From the NCBI RefSeq assembly GCF_009914755.1, contig NC_060945.1: DNA of 64,000 nucleotides; one strand, written 5' to 3'. Shown here piece after piece: positions 44,143-58,092 of this stretch. Numbering within the stretch: the first letter of the stretch is position 1; each line of letters starts with the position of its first letter. The position numbers and the translations under genes are program-made. The notes below the pieces were generated by a model. That model did not search any database. It had not been told where the DNA came from and saw only the letters and a program-made list of their open reading frames with translations. Origin of the DNA: the human T2T-CHM13v2.0 reference genome, Homo sapiens.

Positions 44143-44689
44143 TGTGGTAGGCAGAATTCTGGCCCCTGTAATCTTTGTCCTTAGTTACTCCCAGGAATAT
44201 TTTAAATTGCATGGCAAAGGGGACTTTGAAGATATAATTAAAGTAACTCATCAGCTGACTTTGAAATAGGAAAGATTATCCAGGTGGACCTAATCTAACC
44301 ACATGAGCACTTAGAATCAGAGGTTTTTCTCTGGCTGGTAGCAGAAGGAGAAGTAAGGTTCAAAGCATAAGAAGGATTAGACCTCCTATTTTGGGCTTAA
44401 AAATTAAGGGGGCCATGTGTGAGGGAAATACAGACTCTAATATAAAACTGGATTCTGGAAACTACCAGTGAGTTTGGAAGCAGATTCTTCCCCAGACCCT
44501 CTAGATAAGAAGCATTCACCCTCACTTACACCTTGATTTCAGCCTTTGTAAAGTGCTGATCTGAGAGGACCTAGCTGAGCCATGCTGTACTCGGACTCTG
44601 ATTCATGGACTGTAAGATAATGAATGGGTATTGTTTTAAGCTGCCAAATTTGTGGTAATTTGTTACAGCAGCAACAGTAAACAAATACT
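44143..44689 (+). mobile_element. MaLR solo LTR, MLT1E-like
   Basis: tgtggtaggcagaattct...tcagctgactttgaaatagg...ttgtggtaatttgttacagcagca. Confidence 0.82.
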
Positions 44690-45309
44690 AGGTGTTAATT
44701 TTAACTGCTGTTACAGTCATCCCACTTTGAAAAGAGCCTGCTGCCTTTGCCAGCAAAAGAACCAACTGGCAATTTAAGATTCACAACACAAGGTCTTCAC
44801 CAGCTTTTGTAACATTTAGAATATCTGGATGATCCTTTTGGCTTCTACAAACAAGCACTCCTTCAGCACATTTGTCTTGAGGGCACACTCACTTTTCTTG
44901 TAGACAAGACAGCAAGATCTAATATTTACATAACCTCTGGAAACTAAAAAGAAGTACCTGTCTCTTTCTTTTGTGCTCCTGCTTCAGAAGGATCTTTCTA
45001 TGTACAGGAAACTTAGCTCACATGGTGCAGGGAAAAGCCAAAAGATAGCTCCACTGCCACAGCTTGGCAGACTTTAATACGTGACATATTGTCAGACCTC
45101 AGCACTTACAGGAAAACGGAGTCTTTCAAATGTGAGTTCAGTCCAGCAGTTTTTCATTTTGCAGACAAAGATTATAGATTTAACTCTTTTTATGTAAGGG
45201 AAGTATGAAAGGGACTCATAAGTTTATGAACATGATCCACATAGTAGAGTCCCCAGTTTCTTAGAGAAGTCATGCTGACAAGGAGACCTGGAGCAAAGGG
45301 GACACGTCG

Positions 45310-45693
45310 TATATTAGTTTTTCAGCACGGCTGTAATGAAGTACTGTAGACTGGATGGCTTCGACAACAGAAATTTATTTCTCACAGTTCTAGAGCCTAG
45401 AAATTTACGCTCAAACTGTCATCAGGGTTGGCTTCTTCTGAAGGCCCCTCTCCTTGGCTTGTAGACGGCAGTCTTCTGGTGTCTTCACCTGGTCTTCTGG
45501 GTATGTCTGTGTCCTAATCTCCTCTTCTTATTAGAACGCCAGTCATATTGGATTAGGGTCCACTTCCAATGACCTCGTTTGACATTTAATTACCTCTTTA
45601 AGATTGTTATCTCCACATACAGTCACATTCTGAAGTACTGGGGTAAAGACTTCAACATATGAATTTTGGAGGAACATGATTCAGTCCATAACA
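45310..45693 (-). mobile_element. MLT1B solo LTR
   Basis: acaacagaaatttatttctcacagttct...gtgtcctaatctcctcttctta...gacttcaacatatgaattttgg...tccataaca. Confidence 0.88.
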
Positions 45694-46129
45694 GGTGAAG
45701 TCCAGTTGTTTCAGGAGTATAACCTCATCTATTCATGACTGCCAGTGACCCTCCCAGACAATGCATCAGAAACTTTCCCACTGCTGTCAAGGAACCCTAG
45801 AAGAGGTTTATCTTCCAATTATGACCAAAGAGGATAACAGGTGTTTTTGCAAAACTTAGGTGGTGGGAAGTAATACAGCCAAGATAAAGCAAAGTTTCCT
45901 GATAAAAAACCCAGTGGCTTTTCTATTGCATTGTACCATCAGTCTTCATTTACAACAGAAAACTCCTCAAGAAATCATATGCACTCTGTCTTTATCAGAG
46001 TTAGGATATTCCATTACATTAGAAAATCATTAACTGTTTATCTCTTTGCATTCTCTCCATGCTTCCTGAAGTATCCATAGAATGCAGATGATAATTGTGG
46101 CTTAATATCATGTATTTCTTTCACAGAAC

Positions 46130-46345
46130 ATAAAAGTTAATTAAAATAAACCTTGACATTTATTGAGTCACAATGTTACAGATGCTGTGCTGAGTGCTTT
46201 CCACACATTATCTCAAGAAACTCACAATAACTGTATGAGCTAAATACTACGGTTACTCCAATGTTACAGAAAAGAGAACTGATGTTTAAAGAGATTCAAT
46301 ACCTTACCAATGCCAAAGAACCAGTATGTAGTGGAGCCAGGTCTA
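46130..46345 (-). mobile_element. MIR
   Basis: catttattgagt...gctgtgctgagtgcttt...ttacagaaaagagaactga...gtagtggagccagg. Confidence 0.7.
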
Positions 46346-47189
46346 CCAAAGACTATGCCAACTGCCCCTCTGATAGTGATTGTCTTCTAAATATAGTAAG
46401 CAAAACCTCTGTCATAGAATGAAGAAAAGTGACAACATCATTCATGAGTTCCCGTATATGATGAACAAATATGCTGGCAAAATCCACTACAATTTTTGTA
46501 TTATTATATAATATAAGGACAGGTCATCACCTTATCATTACAAAGTTTGTTTCTGTATGTGAAATATTTCATGGGCTTCTAAAGGTGTGAAGCCTCTTTC
46601 TGTAACATACCAGAGTATAAGATTCTCTGTTTTTAACAAAGCATCACCTTCATATATTAAAATGAAATTAATCGTAGAACGTAATCTTCAGACAAATGAC
46701 CACGTACTCTGGAATCCAGGTCCAAATCACTAACGTAATGGCTATAGCTGCATACTTCTAAGAAAGTGGAAAAAAGTTATGGGCATTTTCAAGAGAAAAA
46801 CATTAGTGTCAAGTACCGCTTTAGCGAGGACAAAGAGACATCTCTTATCCTGAAAGCAAACCTAGACCAATTATTTTTCATGAACAAAAATTAAGCCATA
46901 ACACACTAGTAAACTTCTTGCTAGGAAAAAACAATTAATATTTGAATAACGCTATAAATTCCTACTGATCTATTTCAAGTAAACTATTACCACTTCCTAG
47001 TAATATTTTTTTTTATTTATCTAGTAGGCTGTGGAGAGCAGCTTCTGTCTTTTCTCATCAAGCCTTAAGTTGAAACAACGCTGTCTGCAAATTCAGCGCC
47101 AAGACTAGGACTCCAGCTTCATTGAAAACCGGGAGGTCTGCTGGAAGCACCTCAACACTTATCCTCATCCTAAACTCTGGAGAGGCACA

Positions 47190-47203
47190 GCACCCTCTGC
47201 TGG
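47190..47203 (-). promoter_or_regulatory. Candidate CTCF motif
   Basis: Minus strand CCAGCAGAGGGTGC versus the core CCASYAGRKGGCRS, one mismatch at a CpG position. Motif match only. Confidence 0.35.
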
Positions 47204-47460
47204 TTAAAACCCTGGGGCTACAGCACAAATACCCTTCAAAGAAATGAAATAAAGATTTCATATAACCCTGTGCTGCAAAAACGTTCCACCAGCAGATTGG
47301 CACTAAAAGAAATGTTAAAAGAATTTCTTTTGGCACAGAAAAATTATACCAGATAAAAACTTGAATCTACACAAAGGAATGAAGAGCACCGAAAATGGTA
47401 AATATATGAATAAATATAGAATGAGATTGTCTTCTTTTTTAAGTTTCTTAAAAGATAATT

Positions 47461-48729
47461 GGCTCTCTGCTCCTTTCTGTTCCACAAACAGCCATGTGTT
47501 CTTGTGAAGTGCCAGGCACATACCTAAGACATAATGGTAAAGGTCCAAGTCACCAGATTTGTCCACATAGAGCACCTGGACTCTAGGGCGGCTTTAAAAC
47601 TTCAACAAAGAGTCATCATCAATGACTCCTTCATTGTATAAACAACATGGTGTACATATTCCAGTATGATTTAATACATGGCAATTTCAGTGGCACTGTT
47701 GAGGCTGAGAACAAGAAGCTTGTCCACAATGGGAAGGCCATCTCTATTTTCCAGAAGCCATATGCTGCCTACATCAAATGGGTTGATGCTGTGCTGAATA
47801 TGTTGTGGAGTCCATTGGTCCTGGGGCTCACTTAAATGGTGGAGCCAAAGGGGTCATCACATCTGTCCCTTCTACTGATGCCCTCACATTTTTGATATTC
47901 CCAACTTCAACACAGTTTCCCTCCCAGACTCCAAGAACCATGAGAAGTATGACAGCTCCCTCAAGATTGTCAGCAATGCCTCAAGTATCACCAATTGCCT
48001 TCGCCCTCTGATAAGTCATCCAGGATAACTTTGGCATCATGAAGGGAGCAAAGTTCTTATGATCACTGATACCAGAAGACTGGTAATGGTCCATCTGAGG
48101 AACTGGCATGACAGGGTGGGGCTGCCCAGCACATCATCTCTGTGTCTCCTGAATCTGCCAGGATTGTGAGCAAGGTTACGCCAGCTGAATGGGAAGTTCT
48201 CCAACTTGGCTTTCTGTGTCCGTGTCCCAACTGTGTTGGTTGTGGACCTAGCCTGCCATCTGGAGAAAGCTCCAATTGTGATGGCATCAAGAAAATAGTA
48301 CAGCAGGTATCAGAGGGCCTGTAAGGAGCATCCAGGGCTACACTGAGAACCAGATTGTCTCCTTTGACGTTAACAGTGGTGCCTACTATTTATCTTTTCA
48401 TGCTGGGGCTGAATTGTTCTCAAGGACCACTTTATCCAGCTCATTTCCTGGTATAATAATGAATTTGATTACAGCAAGAGTGGCAAACCTTATAGTCAAT
48501 GTGGGCACCAAGGAGAAGAGCCCTGGGCCACTAGTCCCAGCAATAACAAGAGAAGAATAAAGAGGTTTTCAGCTGCTGGGGAGTCCTTGACCCAACTCAA
48601 TTTCCCAACACACTAAAAAGCTCCCACTCCCAACAAGGTTTCTATCCCAGACTCCCTGAAGAAGAGAAGCAGCTTAGAGAGCCCTACCTTGTCATGTACC
48701 ATCAATGTAATACAAGGTACTCCCCCCAA
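47461..48729 (+). pseudogene. GAPDHP16: Full-length, heavily decayed processed pseudogene of GAPDH
   Basis: Starts with the GAPDH 5' UTR (gctctctgctcc); ATG at 47534; peptides [36 protein letters not shown] and GGAKGVITSVPSTDA; 3' UTR ccttgtcatgtaccatcaat; 11-bp TSD AAAAGATAATT at 47450-47460 and 48730-48740 at a TT/AAAA site. Parent gene is certain; the pseudogene number is from memory and unverified. Confidence 0.93.
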
Positions 48730-49699
48730 AAAAGATAATTTTTAAATAAAAACAATATGCTAGGGTTTGTAATAGATAGAGGTTGTAAATGTATAAAAGT
48801 GGCATATAGAACAGGAAGGAGGAATGGAAGTACATTGTCATGAGGCAGAGAAATGATATAGTAAGATTTGAAGACAGACTGTGATAAATTAAATATGCAT
48901 TCATAAGCCCTACAGACAGAGCAATCACTAAAGTAATAAAGTGGTGTAGATAGCAAGTTGAGTGGTGATAAAATGGTATTCAAAAATGCTGAACCAAGAA
49001 GATATCAAGAACAAGAAAGAAACAAACAAAACCAGAAAAAAATAGAAAAAATAGCAAGATCATTGATTTATCCCAATCAGATTGATGGCTAGATTCAAGA
49101 TAAGTGGGTGGATTGGATTTTTTTAAAAAAGAAGACGCAGCAAGAAGCACACTTCAAATATTAATATAAAGACTTAGATAGATTTAAATAAAGGATGCAA
49201 AAATATATACAATACAATTGATAAGTATTAGGGAGTTGGAGTAGCTATATTATTATCAGGCAAAGTAGACTTCAGAACAAGAATTATTATTTGGGAAAAG
49301 AGGGACATTGCATGATGATAAAGGGGTCAATCATGAACAAGACAAAGCAAATCTAAATGGACATAGGTACTCCAGAAGAAAGCTTAAACAAAGTTTAGCA
49401 AAAATTAATGGACTTGAAAGGAGGAAGTGAAAAGTCTACAATTATAGTTACAGATTTCAAAATTTCTCTCTAATCTACAGAACAATTAAACAGAAGATCA
49501 GTAAGGATACAGAAGATTTGAACAACAGTCTCAACTAACTGGACCTAATCGATAGTTATCAAACACTCTAGCCAAGAGCAACAGAATATACATTGACAAT
49601 GAAAAAGTTGCCATAGACCTGGTGGACCTGAGATATAAAGGAAGTCTCAACAATTTTTTAATAGACAGTTACAAATTTTATTATAATTCATAATAGCAA

Positions 49700-49808
49700 A
49701 CATTTTTACTGTGGTAAAATAAACACATAAATTTAACCATCTTAACCATTTTTGAGTGTACAATTCGGTAGCATGAAGTATATTTATATTATTGTTCAAC
49801 AAATTCTA
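49700..49808 (-). mobile_element. Short antisense L1MA 3'-end fragment
   Basis: tgtggtaaaata...catcttaaccatttttgagtgtacaattc. Confidence 0.6.
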
Positions 49809-51595
49809 AAATATCAAAATAATGCAAATATGGTTTTTGACTACAAGAAATTTAAGTCATCATAAATGACCAACAATTGAGAAAATGAATGAAAGCAAAA
49901 AGCTAGACCTTTGAAAAGACCAATTATATCAATCAATTAAACTTCTAACTAGGCCAGTCGAGAAAAAATAGAAAGAGGACATAAATTACAATGTTTTATA
50001 AATTACAAAAGAAGTATCAGAGCAGAACCTAAGAATATTAACAAAAAGATATCTGGAAAGTCTCCCAATATACGGAAATTAAATAAAATACTTCTAAATA
50101 TGCCACAGATCAAAGAAGAGATTCCACATAAATTTAGAAAATATTTTAAACTAAAAAAAAGAGAGCATAACTTATCAAAACTAAAACTGCAGCTAAAGCA
50201 GTTCAATCTATATATTATAAATCTATAATTTTGAATGCTTATATATAAAAAGGTCTAATATTTATGCTCAGAGCTTCTGTCATAAGTTGCTAGTAAAGAA
50301 GAGAAAATTAAACTCAAAGAGTTAGAAAGAAAGACAAATAAAACCCAGAGTGAAAATCAATAACACAGAAAATGACCAACAATGGAGAAAATCAATGAAA
50401 GCAAAAAGCTAAATCTTTGAAAAGACCAATTATATTGATCAATTAAACTTCTAGCTAGGCCAGTTGAGAAAAATAGAAAGAGGGTATAAATTACAATATT
50501 CTATAAATTAAAAAAGGAATATTAGAGTGGAATCTACTAACACTAAAAGGAAAATGTAAAGGAATATTAATTGATTACATGGAAATATTATGAACAATCT
50601 TCTACCAATAAATTTGACAACATAGATGAAGTGATAAAATTATTGAAAAGACACAAATTACCAAAACTGACACAAAAATTAATAATAAAATTGAATATAC
50701 TTGTATGAATTATACAAATAGAGTTTATAATTTAAAATCTTTGCACAAACAAAATTTGAGTCTCCCAAAGTCTTAAAATATAAGCAAATCAAATCCAGCA
50801 TAATTTATCCAAGAATATAAAGTTGATTAGATATTCAAATGTCAATAATATAATATTTTAAAAAATACTTAGAGAAAGCATCTGATTATCTGGATCCACA
50901 AAGAAAAGCATGTGACAAAATTCAGTACCATACATAAATTAAAAAAAAAAAAAAAACCCTTGCAAACTACGAATAGCGAGGAGTGTATGCAACCCAATAA
51001 AGGGAATCTTTGAAAAACATACAGAAAACATCATATTCAGAAGGAAAAATGGAACATTTTCCCCATAAGACTGGAACAAAGCAAGAACCTCTCCTCTCAC
51101 CATTTTGATTCAGTGTTATGTTGTGGCTATATGTCTTACATTATTTTATTGGCCAGTAAATATGTCTATTTACAGGTAACATACTCTTCCATGCAGAAAG
51201 TCCTCAAGAATCACCTAAAAAGCTAATAAATGAATTTTACAAGGCTTTAGAATACAAGGATACAACGTCAATATCTATGTCATCTGTTCTTTCCATATGC
51301 TAGTAATGAACAATTGGAAAATTTTAAATAAAACATTTAAACCAGTACAGTATCCAAAAGCATGAAATACTTAAGAGAAAAATCTCCATCCCAGACTCCC
51401 AGAACAATAAGAAGTAAGATAACTCCCTCAAGATTGTCAGCAATGCCTCATACACTATATGCTGAAAATTATAAAACCTTGCTCAGAAAAATTTTAAAAA
51501 GAAGCCCTAAATAAAGGGAAATATAAACTATGTAGATTGAATAGAAGACTTAAGATTGTTAAATTGTCAGTTCTTTCTAAACTGATCTACATACT

Positions 51596-52056
51596 TGATA
51601 TGGTTTGGCTGTGTCTCCACTCAAATCTCACCTTGAACTGTATTTACCATAATCCCCATGTGTCTTTGTCTGAGGGATCCGTTGGGAGGTAATTGAATCA
51701 TGGGGGTGGTTACCCTCATGCTGTTTTCCTGATAGTGGATGAGTTCTCATGAGATCCAATGGGTTGTTTTGTTTTTGTTTTTGTTTTTTTGAGACTAAGT
51801 CTCGCTCTGTTGCCCAGGCTGGAGTGCAATGGCACAATGAGATCCGATGGTTTTATAAGGGGCTTTTCCCCCTTTTGTTCTGCACTTCTCATTCCTGCCA
51901 CCATGTGAAGAAAGACATGTTTGCTTCCTCTTCCACCATGATTGTAAGTTTCCTGAGGCCTCCCCAGCTGTGCAGAAATGTGAGTCAATTAAGCCTCTTT
52001 ATAAATTACCCAGTCTCAGGAAGTTCTTTATAGCAACATGAGAATAAACTAATACA
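51596..52056 (+). mobile_element. THE1C/D-like solo LTR with a nested truncated Alu
   Basis: tgatatggtttggctgtgtc...actaataca; TSD ATACT/GTACT (4/5). Confidence 0.9.
51766..51836 (-). mobile_element. Severely 5'-truncated Alu (about 46 nt plus tail)
   Basis: gagactaagtctcgctctgttgcccaggctggagtgcaatggcaca; 17-bp TSD ATGAGATCC(A/G)ATG(GG/GT)TT at 51749-51765 and 51837-51853. Confidence 0.9.
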
Positions 52057-53163
52057 GTACTCAAAAAATTGCGGTTAAAAATCCCAGAAGGCTAATCATA
52101 GATATTGACACACTAATTTAAAAGTTTATATGGAGTCCATTCCAAGATGGCCGAATAGGAACAGCACCAATCTGCAGCTCCCAGCATGACTGATGCAGAA
52201 GACGGGTGATTTCTGCATTTCCAACTGAGGTACCTGGTTCATCTCACTGGGACTGGTCAAAAAGTGGGTGCAGCCCACAGAGGGTGGGCCAAAGCAGGAT
52301 GGGTCATCACCTCACCTGGGAAGTGCAAGGGGTCAGGGGATTTCCCTTTCCTAGCCAAGGGAAGTTGTGACAGGCTGCACTGGGAAAATTGGGGCACTGC
52401 CACCTTAACACTGTGCTTTTCCAACATTCTTAGTAAACAGCACACCAGGAGATTATATCCTGCACGTGGCTCAGTGGGTCCCACGCCCATGGAGGCTTGC
52501 TCACTTCTAGTCCAAGACTGAACTGTGAGGCAGCAAGCTTGGCTGGGAGAGAGGCATCCACCATTGCTGAAGCTTGAGTAGGTAAACAAAGCAGCCAGAA
52601 AGGTCAAACTGGGTGGAACCCACTGCAGCTCAGCTAGGCCCACTTGCCTCTGTAGACTCCACCTCGGGGGGCAGGGCATAGCTGAACAAAAGGCAGCAGA
52701 AACTTCTGCAGACCTAAACATCCCTGTCTGACAGCTCTGAAGAGAGCAGTGGTTCTCCCAGCACGGTGTTTGAGCTCTGAGAACAGAAAGACTGCCTCCT
52801 CAAGTGGGTCCCTGACCCCCGTGTAGCCTAACTTGGAGATACCTCCCAGTAGGGGCTGACTGACACCTCACACAGCCGGGTGCCCCTCTGAGATGAAGCT
52901 TCCAGAGGAAGGATTAGGCAGCAATATTTGCTGTTCTGCAATATTTGCTGTTCTGCAGCCTCCACTGGTGATACCCAGGAAAACAGGGTTTGGAGTGGAC
53001 CTCCAGCAAACTCCAACAGACTTGCAGCTGAGGGACCTGATTGTTAGAAGGAAAACTAACAAACAGAAAGGAATAGCATCAACATCAAAAAAAGGACATC
53101 CACACCAAAACCCCATCTGTAGGTCACCATCATCAAAGACCAAAGGTAGGTAAAACCACAAAG

Positions 53164-54192
53164 ATGAGGAGAAACCAGAGCAGAAAAGCTGAAAATTCTA
53201 AAAACCAGAGCACCCTTTCTCCTCCAAGGATGGCAGCTCCTCACTAGCAATAGAGCAAAGCAGGACAGAGAATGACTTTGACGAGTTGGCAGAAGAAGGC
53301 TTCAGAAAGTCGGTAATAACAAACTTCTCCAAGATAAAGGAGGATGCTCGAACCCATCACAAGAAAGCTATAAACATTGAAAAAAGATTAAACGAATGGC
53401 TAACTAGAATAAACAGTGTAGAGAAGACCTTAAATGACTGGATGGAGCTGAAAACCATGGCATGAGAAATACGGGATGCATGCCCAAGCTTCAGTAGCCG
53501 ATTTGATCAAGTGGAAGAAAAGGTATCAGTGATTGAAGATCAAATGAATGAAATGAAATGAATGAAATGAAGTGAGAAGTTTAGAGAAAAAAGAGTAAAA
53601 AGAAATGAACAAAGCCTCCAAGAAATATGGGACTATGTGAAAAGACCAAATCTAGGTTTGACTGGTGTACCTGAAAGTGACAGGGAGAATGGAAACAAGC
53701 TGGAAAACACTCTTCAGGATACTATCCAGGAGAACTTCTCCAATCTAGCAAGGCAGGCCAACATTCAAATTCAGGAAATACAGAGAACACCACAAAGATA
53801 CTCCTCGAGAAGAACAACCCCATACAATTGTCAGATTCACCAAGGTTGAAACGAAGGAAAAAATGCTAAGGGCAATCAGAGAGAAAGATTGGATTACCCA
53901 CAAAGGGAAGCCCGTAAGACTAACAGCTGATCTCTCAGCAGAAACCCTACAAGCCAGAAGAGATTGGGGGCCAATATTCAACATTCTTAAAGGAAAGAAT
54001 TTACAACCGAGAATTTCATATCCAGCCAAACTAAGCTTCATAAGTGAAGGAGAAATAAAATCCTTTACAGACAAGCAAATGCTGACAGATTTTGTCACCA
54101 CCAGGCCTGCCCTAAAAGAGCTCCTGAAGGAAGCACTAAACATGGAAAGGAACAACCAATACCAGCCACTGCAAAAACATGCCAAATTGTAA
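53164..54192 (+). pseudogene. Disrupted L1 ORF1
   Basis: ATG at 53164; track fragments KRPNLGLTGVPESD and GKPVRLTADLSAETLQARRDW...QKHAKL in different frames. Confidence 0.9.
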
Positions 54193-54255
54193 AGAACATC
54201 GATGCTAGGAAGAAACTGCATCAATGAACAGGCAAAATAACCAGCTAACATCATA

Positions 54256-58092
<3,837 letters not shown>

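Noticed and set aside
52921-52956. Tandem GCAATATTTGCTGTTCT x2 in the L1 5' UTR
   Set aside because: As recalled, a near-identical duplication is part of the L1PA4-6 consensus, so it is not locus-specific.
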